A DNA stretch of 64,000 nt from a virus (lineage: Duplodnaviria > Caudoviricetes): positions 1,090-65,089 of the IMG/VR virus record IMGVR_UViG_3300046792_000244. One strand, given 5' to 3'. Made by a program: the position numbers and the translations under genes. This document shows, piece after piece, positions 48,826-58,275 of this stretch; within the stretch, counting starts at the first letter, position 1, and the number at the start of each line of letters is the position of its first letter. The notes under the pieces are model-generated. The model was not told where the DNA came from, searched no databases, and saw nothing but the letters and a program-made list of their open reading frames with translations.

Positions 48826-49236
48826 TCAATGGTTGTCAAGCGGGAAAAGTTCAGCGTTGCCGAGCCTAGAACGTCGCGTCATGGCTGCGGTTTCAACGTG
48901 GTGTTTCGCGTCATAGCGCAGGTGGTGACGCTGACACCATGCCCGCAGATTCTCGGCGTCGCAGTTTTCCGGCGTGTGGTCGAGGTGCGCCACGGTGAGC
49001 ACGATTTCGATGACCTTGAAGCCGTCGGCGAGATCCGCGGCTTCGACATCAAGTGTGTCGTGTTCACCCTTCATGCAAATCTGCACGAAGGCCGCGCCCT
49101 GCCAGTAACCGATCGCGTGGTTCTTCACGCCGCAGCCTTCCCACTCACAGCGATGCGCTGCGCGCTCAAGGATGCCGGCGCGGATCTGCGGCCAGTTGCG
49201 TGGATACCGAGCCTTGTTCTCGGGTCGGATGGGCAC
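48826..49236 (-). CDS. HNH-like protein
   Basis: YPRNW..RCE..C, VLTVAHLDH.PENC..NLRAWCQRHH. Confidence 0.7.
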   Translation of the reverse strand: MPIRPENKARYPRNWPQIRAGILERAAHRCEWEGCGVKNHAIGYWQGAAFVQICMKGEHDTLDVEAADLADGFKVIEIVLTVAHLDHTPENCDAENLRAWCQRHHLRYDAKHHVETAAMTRRSRLGNAELFPLDNH

Positions 49237-49239
49237 AAC

Positions 49240-49425
49240 TCACCCTTCCCGACTCATCTGCTCGCAGCTGGCGCACTTCGGCGAGCAGAACACCATTTCG
49301 TTTTCCGTGACGACGGCTTTTCCGTTCACGCGGTCGCGGCCGAAGATGCGCTGCTGGAAAGGTTCGACGATCGGCTTGTTGCAGTACGGGCATGGCTTCG
49401 GCGCCACGTTCTTTGTGTCATCCAC
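49240..49425 (-). CDS. Small Zn-finger protein
   Basis: CPYC..FCSPKC; AGGAG RBS. Confidence 0.65.
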   Translation of the reverse strand: MDDTKNVAPKPCPYCNKPIVEPFQQRIFGRDRVNGKAVVTENEMVFCSPKCASCEQMSREG

Positions 49426-49630
49426 GTTGGTTCTCCTTTGGTGGTTGAAGGCTTGACCCGAGCGAGCCCGGGAAGTCGCGCTCAAGCTCGCGCAGCTGGC
49501 GCTCGGTTTCGATCATGGCCACGAGCTCGCGGCAAAGCCACCGCGCTGCATCGTTGCCACCCGTCACCGAGATGATCACGGTGTCGCCTTCGACGCGCAC
49601 ACCGCGCATTGGCCAGGGTCGCGCGCTCAC
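49418..49630 (-). CDS. Hypothetical protein
   Basis: Coupled ORF. Confidence 0.45.
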   Translation of the reverse strand: MSARPWPMRGVRVEGDTVIISVTGGNDAARWLCRELVAMIETERQLRELERDFPGSLGSSLQPPKENQRG

Positions 49631-50085
49631 GATTTCGGCCCCTCGATGGCTGGCAGCATGTTCTCGGCGACGTGCTCAAGAATCGTGCGACCGCTGGGCA
49701 GCAATATCTGTCCAAGGAAGGCGCCATCGAAGCTCAGCACGCCGGTTTCAATGGCGGTGATTTGCCCTTTGATCCAATCGCGCAGGATGCTGTAGACGGC
49801 CGTCGATGCCACACCCATGGCGCGCTTCTCGTAGTCCGCACGCGTGCATCGGCGGTTGTTCCCGAACGGGTGAGCCTTGAGCCACGCAGCCGCATAGCCC
49901 TTGATCGACGCCTTGCAGCTCACCGGCCGGCCGCGATATTCAAACTGCACGAGGATCGAACCCTCGGCTTCGTCGCTCATGCTGCCGAACTTCGTGCAGC
50001 CGAAGGCGCGCAGTAGTTTCTGGATGTCGCTGAGCGCGCGGTCGCCACTCGTCGCGCCCTCATATGGAAGTTTCTTGGCCGCCAT
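49627..50085 (-). CDS. Conserved-looking phage hypothetical protein
   Basis: IQKLLRAFGC..LRDWIKGQITAIETG..AFL. Confidence 0.65.
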   Translation of the reverse strand: MAAKKLPYEGATSGDRALSDIQKLLRAFGCTKFGSMSDEAEGSILVQFEYRGRPVSCKASIKGYAAAWLKAHPFGNNRRCTRADYEKRAMGVASTAVYSILRDWIKGQITAIETGVLSFDGAFLGQILLPSGRTILEHVAENMLPAIEGPKS

Positions 50086-50251
50086 GGTGGTGCTCTGTTT
50101 TGTCGTCGTTGACTATCCAGGCCACGGTGTCACCGTCGAGGCCCAGGGCTTCGCCGAGCTGCTCGCAGGCCTGCTCATGCGTGGCGCCTTTCTGGCGCGC
50201 TTCCTGATACATGCCGACAACGCGCCGGCGTGGGATGACGTTGTGTGCCAT
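50060..50251 (-). CDS. Hypothetical protein
   Basis: Short ORF filling operon. Confidence 0.45.
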   Translation of the reverse strand: MAHNVIPRRRVVGMYQEARQKGATHEQACEQLGEALGLDGDTVAWIVNDDKTEHHHGGQETSI

Positions 50252-50253
50252 CG

Positions 50254-50457
50254 TCAGGCCTTGCACATGCGCTTCAATTCGCGCACCCTGATCCAAAGCT
50301 TCGCCTCGGCCTTTTCAGCGCGCTTAAGTGCCTGCGCAGTGCCGCCATGCACGCTGTCGGAGAAGAAGGCTGTCAGGCGCTGGCCGGGCGCCAAGTGCGC
50401 TCGAGCTTGCCACCCGTGTGTGTGGCCACGTGGGTTGTCGATGCGTTGCACGCTCAT
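50254..50457 (-). CDS. AP2-like DNA-binding domain protein
   Basis: GWQAR..FFSD..GG..ALKRA pattern. Confidence 0.55.
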   Translation of the reverse strand: MSVQRIDNPRGHTHGWQARAHLAPGQRLTAFFSDSVHGGTAQALKRAEKAEAKLWIRVRELKRMCKA

Positions 50458-50933
50458 GGCTGCACGCCTTCATTCGTGCGCTGCGGAAACGACCATGCAC
50501 GCGCGATGTCGAGGTCGGTACCGTTCTTCAGCAGCATGGGCGCGTCGTCTGGCTCGACGGGAACGCGCTCGACGGGCGCGATGTCGAGGTCGGCGCCGGC
50601 ACCGCAACCCGATGTGTCGGCGGCGATTGCCTTGTGCCAGTTGCAGAGCGCGGCCGCCGCACTGATGGTGTGGTGGAGCGCCCCTTCCTTATCACCAGTG
50701 ATGGCGGCGCGCAGGCACTTTCCGGCCAGGTAGCCGACGAGCCAGAACCAGTTCTCTGCGCTCTTGTCGCGGTCGTGGGCTTCGCCCCACTTCTCGACTT
50801 GATGCGCAGCCTCGGCGCGCACGCTTTCGAGGAAGTCGGCGGTCTGTGCGTTGTTGATCAGGGCGGTTAGGCGGTCGCCTTCAAGCGCTCGCGCGATCAA
50901 TGCCTTGTGCTCGTCGTCTGTCATGCAAATCAC
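50454..50933 (-). CDS. Hypothetical protein
   Basis: EAAHQVEKWG..DK..WFWLVGYLAGK. Confidence 0.65.
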   Translation of the reverse strand: MICMTDDEHKALIARALEGDRLTALINNAQTADFLESVRAEAAHQVEKWGEAHDRDKSAENWFWLVGYLAGKCLRAAITGDKEGALHHTISAAAALCNWHKAIAADTSGCGAGADLDIAPVERVPVEPDDAPMLLKNGTDLDIARAWSFPQRTNEGVQP

Positions 50934-51301
50934 GGTGTCTTTCCTTTCGGGTAGGTGCGGCCCACGTTGGAGCGCGCGATGGCGGAACGAATGGTGGAGG
51001 TGTGCGTGGCCCATGCTGGCGCGTCGAGGCCGGCCAGCGCGTAGGCCTGCGCAATGAGCGGCCGCACTTCGATGCGCTTTGCCCGGCTACCGGGAATGGC
51101 GCGCAGCTGAGAGAAGTGCTGGTGGGCGAGGTGAATGTCGCAAGGGAACGGCCATGCCGGCGGCGTGCACCTGGCCACGAGCCGAAGACTGCGCGGTGCC
51201 GCCCGGAAGTGCAGGAAGTGGAAGAACCAGCCGTCCAGCTGGCCACCCTTGATCCTGCCGAATGCCGGCACACGCAGCGCCTTGACGATATCGGTGCGCA
51301 T
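50930..51301 (-). CDS. Hypothetical protein
   Basis: Coupled ORF. Confidence 0.5.
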   Translation of the reverse strand: MRTDIVKALRVPAFGRIKGGQLDGWFFHFLHFRAAPRSLRLVARCTPPAWPFPCDIHLAHQHFSQLRAIPGSRAKRIEVRPLIAQAYALAGLDAPAWATHTSTIRSAIARSNVGRTYPKGKTP

Positions 51302-51933
51302 TACTGCAGCGCGGTGCCGCCGGTGTTGCGCGCGATGAATTGCGCCGTGGCGTCGCCTTCATCGCCGGGCTGCTCTTCGTCGTCACCACCCGTGAGCTTT
51401 TGACCGGCTGGCAGTTCCTGCTGGGTGTCTTCAGGGCCGGCGATCGTGACTTCGATCTCCTGCTGAATGAGCGAGCACAACTTGCCCATCTCCTTGTCGG
51501 GCACCTTGGAGGCCTGCAGGCGCCAGCTGACGCGCACGGTGCCGCCTTCCTTCATGTCGAACTTGAAGGCGTCGATCTTGCATCCGCCCAGCACGAGATC
51601 GCTGCGGCCGCCGATGCCGTGGTCGATGACCAGCGTGTAGCCGGTGCCCTCGAAATCCCAGCCCACGGGTTGCTTCATTTTCGGGAAGCGCAGGTTGGGC
51701 AGCGAGCTCACGACGGGCACGCCGTCAAGCTCGGCCTGGGGCGTGGCCTCGCCGCCCTCGGCCTTCTTGTAGTTGGCGTGCAGCAGTTCGGCGTGGAACT
51801 GCGACAGCACGTCGTTGGCGAAGTCGGCCGACATCTTCAGGTCGATCGCCGGCACGTGCTCCTTTCCGTGCAGCTCGGATCGCGGGTTCGCATCGTCGAG
51901 CTTGACCTTGGTGAGTGCGAGCAGTTGAAACAT
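51301..51933 (-). CDS. Conserved-looking phage hypothetical protein
   Basis: NPRSELHG..PAIDL..KEGGTV; RBS present. Confidence 0.65.
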   Translation of the reverse strand: MFQLLALTKVKLDDANPRSELHGKEHVPAIDLKMSADFANDVLSQFHAELLHANYKKAEGGEATPQAELDGVPVVSSLPNLRFPKMKQPVGWDFEGTGYTLVIDHGIGGRSDLVLGGCKIDAFKFDMKEGGTVRVSWRLQASKVPDKEMGKLCSLIQQEIEVTIAGPEDTQQELPAGQKLTGGDDEEQPGDEGDATAQFIARNTGGTALQ

Positions 51934-51969
51934 GGGTGCCTTTCGTTGTTGGCGTGGTGGTGGAAGTGA

Positions 51970-52686
51970 CTATTGCGGGACGTGGTTGTCGCCGATCGAC
52001 ATGGGGATGCCTTCGTTCTCGTCAACGAAGTCGAAGCCGTCGACGACGAGCAGAGGGTCGACCTCTTGGAGCAAGCCGCCGATGACCTGGGCCCGGCCCT
52101 TCTCGTCGAGCTCATCCCAGCGGTTCACCTTTTGGGCGACACGCGCGATGACGCCGCCCAGGCTCATGGCCTGTATGTTGTAGCCGCGCATGAGGAACTT
52201 GCGGGCACGCATCATCGAGCCGCCGGCCTCTTCGTCGCGCACTGGGAACGTGTAGACGAGGCGCTTCGCGGCGAGGTCGGAATAGAAAGCGTCGGCGCAC
52301 ACCGACTTCCAGACCTTGTGCACATTGTCGAACCAGATCACGGCCTGGCAGACGGTGAAGTCGAACGACTCCATGCACTTCTGGGCGTCGTCGAACACCC
52401 AGCGGGTGATCCACTGCACGGGCATGCGGCCCTTCGCCAGCAGCGTGATCGCGTTGTCGGTCGTGTGGAGCTTGGCGCGGCGTTCCTTTGCGAAGGCCTC
52501 GGCGGCGTCGAGCAGCGCGCCTTTCGACGGCCCGAAGATGTCGGCGTCGCTGACCTTCCCGCCGGCGATCGTCTCGCGGATGAAACCGCCGCCGCAGAAG
52601 AACGGCTGGGCCATGAGCATTTCGCGCACGTCTTTGGGGATGCGCGTCACGACGAAGCGCAGGTCGGTGGGGGTGAGTTCGGCCAT
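51970..52686 (-). CDS. Nucleotidyltransferase-like protein (CCA/poly(A) polymerase head-like)
   Basis: GGGFIRE..SDADIF (GG..R..DxD) and SFDFTVCQ (RDFT-like); AGGAG RBS. Confidence 0.65.
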   Translation of the reverse strand: MAELTPTDLRFVVTRIPKDVREMLMAQPFFCGGGFIRETIAGGKVSDADIFGPSKGALLDAAEAFAKERRAKLHTTDNAITLLAKGRMPVQWITRWVFDDAQKCMESFDFTVCQAVIWFDNVHKVWKSVCADAFYSDLAAKRLVYTFPVRDEEAGGSMMRARKFLMRGYNIQAMSLGGVIARVAQKVNRWDELDEKGRAQVIGGLLQEVDPLLVVDGFDFVDENEGIPMSIGDNHVPQ

Positions 52687-52699
52687 GTTGGCTCCTGAG

Positions 52700-52970
52700 T
52701 TGATTGATGCCGGTTACTGCCGTCCGGCGCCGCATCCTGTGCGGCAGGTGTCCGCTATATCCGGCAACGCGCTCAGCGAACTCGGCGCGCTACCCCTCGG
52801 GTCAACTGCAAGATGGCGCAGTTACTACGGCCCTTGGCTCGGGGTTTCAGGAAGAAAGTGGGGCCGCCGAAGCGGGCATGCAGGCAAGACAAAGCGTCGT
52901 CAGGGAGGGAGGGAGGAGGGAAACGCTTTGCCATTGGAGACAAGGAAGACAGGCCTGCATGGCTCACCCG
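52700..52970 (-). ncRNA. Candidate structured/antisense RNA
   Basis: Nested stems 52877-85/52953-61 and 52890-97/52923-30, further hairpins in 52707-52823; pyrimidine-rich single-stranded parts on the - strand. Confidence 0.5.
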
Positions 52971-52980
52971 AAAACTGGTG

Positions 52981-54384
52981 CTACTTGTCCACGTCGTCGA
53001 AGACAGAGCGGGTGCCGTCGGCGTTCATCAGCGTGCCGTCGGGCGCCCAATACTGGCCGCCGGGCAGCGGATCGATCTTGGCAAGCATGTTGGCGACGCG
53101 GCGCGCAAGCTCGACGGTAGGCGGCTTCTTCGACTTCGCCAGCGTGCCGTCGGCGTTGATCGCCTTCAGCAGATCCACGATGTCGGGGATGGCCTGCACC
53201 TGCGCTTCGAGAAGGGCGGCGCGTGCCTCGGCTTCTTCGCGCGCGCGCCGCTGCTGGGCGGCGAGTTCATCGCGTTCGCGCTGCGCCACGGCCTCGCGCT
53301 CATCCTGCTCGCGCTTTTCCTTCGCGCGGCGTTCGCTTTCTGCGGCCTCGCGCTGGCGGGTTTCTTCGGCCAGGCGGTCGGCCTCGCGCTGGCGCTGCTC
53401 ACGGGCGGCACGCTCGGCGCTGATCGCGGCCGCGTGCATGGCTTCGATCTTCTTCTTGGCGTCTGCCACGAGGTCGGCAGCCTCCTGACCTTCGGCGGCG
53501 AGCTTGCCGAGGTTGAACAGCGCGGCCTCGAGTTCGCCAGCCGTCTGGCCGATGGCTGCCATGACGATGCCCGTCACCTTCTCGCGGAAGGCGCTGGCGG
53601 CGCGCGCGAGCTCCTGGCGCTGGCGCTCTTCAGCGTCGGCCGCCTCCTTGCGCTGGCGATCGGCTTCGGCCTGGGCTTCGCGCTGCGCCTGCGCTTCGCG
53701 CTCGAGCTTGTCGTTCGCCTCCTGCTGCGCCGCCAGTTGGCGCTGGGATTCAGCGAGGGCGGCGGCGTTGCGCTCGGCGACCTCACCGGCCTTCAGCAGT
53801 TCGTTGAGCGTTGTCAGCGTGTCGGCGCGCGCCTCGACAGCTGCCGGCGTGAGTTCCTCGAAGGTGGACGTGTCGATCTTCTCGACGAGCTCGATCTTCT
53901 CGCGGATGTACGCCACGTCTTTGCCGATGGCGCGCGAGGCGAAGCCACGGATGGTTTCGATGCGCTGGCGCAGGGTGTTGACGCGTTCCTGCTCTCGCTG
54001 CGCCCGGGCGATCTTCTCGTCGTCGATGCGTTGCAGTTCTTTGTCGATGTCGGCGGCGATCGGGTCTTCGAGGTCTTTGATGCGCTTCGTGATGCGCTTC
54101 GCCTCGTCGTTGCGGCGATCGATTCGCGCCTGGTCGTCGCCGTTCAGTTGCAGGCGCTTCTTGTCGAGCGTGGTGCGCAGCGTGCGCAGCTCTGAGCGCA
54201 TGCCCTTCGCAAACAGCATGCCTTCTTTCGTCGTCACTTCGACGAGCACTCCCTTCATTCGGAATTCGAGCTTGGCCAGGGCGGCGGCCGTCTCGCTGTA
54301 TTCGACGACATCGGTGATGCCGGTGCCTTCCGGCTGCACCCCGTCTTCAAGCGTCGTCTGGTTCGTATCGTCTGCCACGTGCAT
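52981..54384 (-). CDS. Long coiled-coil protein
   Basis: E/R/A/Q-rich heptads; AAGGAG RBS; recombination module. Confidence 0.7.
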   Translation of the reverse strand: MHVADDTNQTTLEDGVQPEGTGITDVVEYSETAAALAKLEFRMKGVLVEVTTKEGMLFAKGMRSELRTLRTTLDKKRLQLNGDDQARIDRRNDEAKRITKRIKDLEDPIAADIDKELQRIDDEKIARAQREQERVNTLRQRIETIRGFASRAIGKDVAYIREKIELVEKIDTSTFEELTPAAVEARADTLTTLNELLKAGEVAERNAAALAESQRQLAAQQEANDKLEREAQAQREAQAEADRQRKEAADAEERQRQELARAASAFREKVTGIVMAAIGQTAGELEAALFNLGKLAAEGQEAADLVADAKKKIEAMHAAAISAERAAREQRQREADRLAEETRQREAAESERRAKEKREQDEREAVAQRERDELAAQQRRAREEAEARAALLEAQVQAIPDIVDLLKAINADGTLAKSKKPPTVELARRVANMLAKIDPLPGGQYWAPDGTLMNADGTRSVFDDVDK

Positions 54385-54476
54385 TCTCCTTGGTGGTGGT
54401 GGTGAGGTGAGGGGCTGATCGCGCCGTTATGGATACCGTCTCCACAGAACCCGGTGACCCGGGCAGCCCCTCGGAA

Positions 54477-55565
54477 CTACTTGCTGAAACGCTGGCGGTA
54501 GATGGTCGCCAGCTGCTCGACCTGCTCAGGCTGCAGGAACTCCTTGGCCTCGTCGAGTTCGATGTCGGCCACGTCTTGCGCCGCCGTCTCGACGAGCTTC
54601 TTGTAGGCGTCGAAGCCTTTGCCCTGCGGCACGCCTGCTGTCTTGGCGGTGCCCGGCACATCGGTGATTTCGCCGGTTCCCTTGTCGGCGCGATCCTTCG
54701 CCGTCTTGGCGGCGGCCGTCTTGCCGGCGCCCTTCAGGTCGTTGAGCGTCTTGCCGGTGGCGCCGCCATCGCCGCCCGTGGTGGGCGCGGCTTCGATGTC
54801 GAACCAGTCGCTGGGCACGCTCATGTCGTCGCGCAGGCTGGCGTAGACGCGCTTCAGGCCGACGACCTGAGCCGGCTGGATGCTGTCGAGCCGCCGCTGA
54901 ATGCGCTTCTCGATGTGCGCCTTCGTCACGCCGAACTCGGCGAAGGCGTCGACCATCTTCACCATGGCTTCGGGGCTGGTGTCGGCCTTCGCGCTCAGCG
55001 TCACGGCGGCCTGTTCCATGGCCATTTCCGTCACGTCGCCGGGAATCTGCGCGAGGATGCACGCGCGCTTGCGGCGCTGGGCCTGATTCGCGCAGAGTTC
55101 GTAGATGTCGCGCTCGTCTTTGAGCTTGTAGCCGCCGCTCTTCGTGTCGCGCCAGTGCCTGACGACGAACTGGATGGACTCGCGGCCGTTGCTCTCGTAG
55201 TCGACGCTGTAGGCCTCGACCTCGGAGACGCCGACGCCATCGGGGCCGATGCTGCGCGACAACTCGCGCCAGCCGTTGCTCATGTTGCCCCACTGCTGCG
55301 CGATGGCTTCAGCGGCGCGGATGCTCGGCCCCGTGATGTCGCTGCCGCCGCGTGCGAATTGGTACGCGGCTTTCTCGGCCAGCGTGGGCCGCGTGAAGGC
55401 GTTGCGGATCTTGTCGGCGCAGACGATCAGGTCGCGCGGGAAGCGTTTCGCCGACGCCACCATGGCCATCACCTCGGTGTTCTCTCGTGCGGCCACCTGT
55501 CGGTGTGCCGCGGTGTCGGCGACCTGTCGGCTGCCCTCGAAGGGGTTGGCAATTTCTTGGCCCAT
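54477..55565 (-). CDS. Putative single-strand annealing protein
   Basis: AKRFPRD..GPSIRAAE..WGN; adjacent to exonuclease; acidic tail. Confidence 0.6.
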   Translation of the reverse strand: MGQEIANPFEGSRQVADTAAHRQVAARENTEVMAMVASAKRFPRDLIVCADKIRNAFTRPTLAEKAAYQFARGGSDITGPSIRAAEAIAQQWGNMSNGWRELSRSIGPDGVGVSEVEAYSVDYESNGRESIQFVVRHWRDTKSGGYKLKDERDIYELCANQAQRRKRACILAQIPGDVTEMAMEQAAVTLSAKADTSPEAMVKMVDAFAEFGVTKAHIEKRIQRRLDSIQPAQVVGLKRVYASLRDDMSVPSDWFDIEAAPTTGGDGGATGKTLNDLKGAGKTAAAKTAKDRADKGTGEITDVPGTAKTAGVPQGKGFDAYKKLVETAAQDVADIELDEAKEFLQPEQVEQLATIYRQRFSK

Positions 55566-55626
55566 GGATTCTCCTGGCTGGGTTTGTGGGAAGAGGTTGC
55601 GAATGTCCGCGCGGCGGCAACAATTG

Positions 55627-56487
55627 TCAAGCGTTACGGCGGCGACGCAGGTTCAACACCTCGATGTCGTCGCTGTAGCCCGGCCACGTGTCGGTGTCTT
55701 CGCAGACGCGAAAGCGCGTCAGCAAGTCGCGGTAGTCGTTGCGCGCCAGATCCAAGTCGGCTGGCTTCAGGATGGTGGTGGATGCCTTGAACGGCCACTC
55801 GGTTTCCATGGCGATGAACACGAAGCCCAGCACCTCGAGGCCGGTTGCTTCCTCGTAGCCGTCGGTATAGAACGCGCCCTGACGATCGTAGTCTTTGCGG
55901 TCGACCTGGCGCGCGAAACCCGCCGGGCTGGCGTCGCTGAAGGTCTTGCCATCGAAGAGGATCACGCCGTCGCCGATCGGCGTCTCGACGGGGTGCACCC
56001 AGTCGGGTCGGCAGCGGCAGCGCACACCCGTTATGGGGTCGACCCAGAAGGCCGACACCTCGGCGTATCCGGTGGCCAGCCCCTCGTGCACGGTGCGCAG
56101 GTTGCGGGCTTCAGCAGCCTGTGCGAAGGCGGTGTCGCGCTGGTCTTGGCTGATCGGCTCGAGGCCGGCTTCGGCGCACTCTGCCGCGTAGGCCTTCCAC
56201 ACGTTCGTGAGCTTGGAAACCGGCGGGCCGACGGAATAGCGCGCGTCGAACTCGTAGGGCTCGAAGAGCGCGCAGTGCGCGAGCGTGCCTTCGAGCTGGC
56301 CACCCTTCGTCTTGCGCGGCGGTCGCGCTGGGTTGCGGTGGCGGTTCCAGTAGTGGCTGGGCGACTTGGCGAAGTCGTTCAGGCCGGAATTGCTCACCGC
56401 CTGGCCAATGGAGTGATAGATGTGGTTGGGCAGGTCGCGCACGATGCCGCGCATGGGCACCACGATTGAGACATCGGCGGCGCTCAT
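55627..56487 (-). CDS. Exonuclease VIII/RecE-like PD-(D/E)XK nuclease
   Basis: YH..SNSGL..SP, GTLAH, EVSAFW..CRCRPD, DGKT, Y.RQGAFY. Confidence 0.88.
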   Translation of the reverse strand: MSAADVSIVVPMRGIVRDLPNHIYHSIGQAVSNSGLNDFAKSPSHYWNRHRNPARPPRKTKGGQLEGTLAHCALFEPYEFDARYSVGPPVSKLTNVWKAYAAECAEAGLEPISQDQRDTAFAQAAEARNLRTVHEGLATGYAEVSAFWVDPITGVRCRCRPDWVHPVETPIGDGVILFDGKTFSDASPAGFARQVDRKDYDRQGAFYTDGYEEATGLEVLGFVFIAMETEWPFKASTTILKPADLDLARNDYRDLLTRFRVCEDTDTWPGYSDDIEVLNLRRRRNA

Positions 56488-56696
56488 GGTGCCGAACCCT
56501 CGGTGTTCTTCACGGCGTCAAGGCGCCGCTGCTCGTGAACCCACGCACCATTGAGCGAGCGCATCGCGGCTTCGACCTTGCGTGCAGTTGTGCCGCACCC
56601 CACTTTGTCGAGGCGGTTGCGCGCCTGCAGGAGTGCCTCCTGTGCTGCCCACAGTTCTTCGAGCTTGGTCGGCGCGCTCATGGCTTGATCTGCCAC
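56484..56696 (-). CDS. Hypothetical protein
   Basis: Coupled ORF; start uncertain. Confidence 0.5.
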   Translation of the reverse strand: MADQAMSAPTKLEELWAAQEALLQARNRLDKVGCGTTARKVEAAMRSLNGAWVHEQRRLDAVKNTEGSAP

Positions 56697-57004
56697 ACGG
56701 GCGCCGTGATGAAGCCGCTGGCCGCGCGCGGCAAGTCGTCGCGCAGCTGGAAAAGACCGCTCGCCATGGCTTCGGCCGCGAGTTCCTCCTGATCGTGATC
56801 CTTCACGTAAAAGCAGTCAGCCGGCAGAGCGCGAGAATCCCGCGAACACTGCGGCATGTACATGTTGTGGCTGAGCTTCGCCAGCGGCTCGCCGCTCTCA
56901 AGATCGAGCACGATTGCCGTCGGGCCATCTTCTGCCCCGTAGGTCGCGCGGTACACCAGCACGGTGCCCCATTGCTTGCTTTGGAAGGTGCCAATCTTTT
57001 TCAC
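56678..57004 (-). CDS. Hypothetical protein
   Basis: Coupled ORF. Confidence 0.6.
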   Translation of the reverse strand: MKKIGTFQSKQWGTVLVYRATYGAEDGPTAIVLDLESGEPLAKLSHNMYMPQCSRDSRALPADCFYVKDHDQEELAAEAMASGLFQLRDDLPRAASGFITAPVWQIKP

Positions 57005-57195
57005 GGTGTTCCCTTGAAGACGTTGCCGAAGAGTGCGTCGAGCCGGCGAGCGAGCCAGCCTTTGCGCGGTGCAACCGGCGGTGCCGGTGGTTTCGGTGGC
57101 GGCGGTGGTTTCATCGCGCCACTGAACTTGTAGCCGCGCTGTTCGCGCGGTGCCATGGCAGTGAAGGCTTCGCCTTCGTTGCGTGGGTCTTTCAT
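57001..57195 (-). CDS. Pro-rich hypothetical protein
   Basis: Coupled ORF. Confidence 0.5.
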   Translation of the reverse strand: MKDPRNEGEAFTAMAPREQRGYKFSGAMKPPPPPKPPAPPVAPRKGWLARRLDALFGNVFKGTP

Positions 57196-57434
57196 GATGC
57201 CTGCTGCCGGTTAGGCCTCAAGTAAAGCATGAAGGCGGCGCCGATCATGCGCAACACAGGAAGCGATCGACTGCGCATGCGCGCGCGGCGGATGATGATG
57301 CGGCGCCAGCGGTTGCGCAGCATGACGTGGCAGGCCCATGCATCGCTGCACGAGCCGTCGACGCTGCGGTCGAAGAGTTCCTCTTCGTCGCAGCTGAGCA
57401 GCCACGACTGCCACAGGTATTGAAAGAGGTTCAT
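57192..57434 (-). CDS. Hypothetical protein
   Basis: ATGA-coupled on both sides. Confidence 0.5.
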   Translation of the reverse strand: MNLFQYLWQSWLLSCDEEELFDRSVDGSCSDAWACHVMLRNRWRRIIIRRARMRSRSLPVLRMIGAAFMLYLRPNRQQAS

Positions 57435-57742
57435 GGGTAGAGCACGTCCGGTAATTCGGCGATCAAAACGCGCGCCGTCACGAGCAAGGGTTCGTCGCTG
57501 CCATCATCCATAGCCTCGAGCAGGGCCTTCAGCGCAGCGGCGAGACGAGGCGCGTAGTTGAGCGAGTCGGCGGCGATCTGCGCGTCAAGCGCGGTGCCGA
57601 ACTCGGCGATTGCCTCGTATTCGTGCCGCAATTCATCGCCGATGCGAATGGTGTCGGTGATGCGCTGCGTGTCTTCGATCGCGGCTTGGTGGCAGCAACT
57701 GTGCTCCGTGTTGCTGGTGACGATAAAACGTGGCTTGTTCAT
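57431..57742 (-). CDS. Hypothetical protein
   Basis: MNKPRF... ATGA-coupled. Confidence 0.55.
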   Translation of the reverse strand: MNKPRFIVTSNTEHSCCHQAAIEDTQRITDTIRIGDELRHEYEAIAEFGTALDAQIAADSLNYAPRLAAALKALLEAMDDGSDEPLLVTARVLIAELPDVLYP

Positions 57743-57942
57743 GCGCCCACCTTTTCGCCGACGTGGGCAACGACGAGCAGGTGGCGGCTGGCCGTCAGCG
57801 CGCGGTCGAGCGGCTGACGGTCGAATTGCTGCAGCGGTGTCGCGGCGGTGCGCAGCTGCATGGCGAGGACGATGTTCAAGGCGTCGGCCATGGTGAAGAC
57901 CGGCAGGGCCGCGATGGCGGCGCATACGGTTTCGGTGCTCAC
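57739..57942 (-). CDS. Hypothetical protein
   Basis: Coupled ORF. Confidence 0.5.
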   Translation of the reverse strand: MSTETVCAAIAALPVFTMADALNIVLAMQLRTAATPLQQFDRQPLDRALTASRHLLVVAHVGEKVGA

Positions 57943-58214
57943 AACTTGCCGCCTTCCGGGAAGTGGAGTTCAGCGTGGAGCGGCGCGAGTTCGGCGACGT
58001 GGCTGTCAGGCCAGCCGAGTTCGCGGTACTGATCGGCCAGCTTCGCAACGGCGTCGGAACCTCGCACGGTGGCAACGGTGAGACGCGAGAAGCCCGACAC
58101 GGTGTCGCGCAGTGCGCGCATGGCACGGGTGCGGCCGCGAAGGCGCGCGGCTTCGATCTTGAGTTGCGCCTTCTGCTCAGGCGTCGGCGCGTAGTAGTGG
58201 CGGTCGATGTTCAC
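57939..58214 (-). CDS. Hypothetical protein
   Basis: AGGAG RBS. Confidence 0.6.
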   Translation of the reverse strand: MNIDRHYYAPTPEQKAQLKIEAARLRGRTRAMRALRDTVSGFSRLTVATVRGSDAVAKLADQYRELGWPDSHVAELAPLHAELHFPEGGKL

Positions 58215-58275
58215 GTGTGTTCTCCTGTTTAGATGCTGGCTTGGTTGTGGGCGCGCATGGCGGCGGCTGGTCTGC

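Noticed and set aside
52700-52860. tRNA gene
   Set aside because: Hairpins are present but no T-loop (GTTCRA) or cloverleaf spacing on either strand
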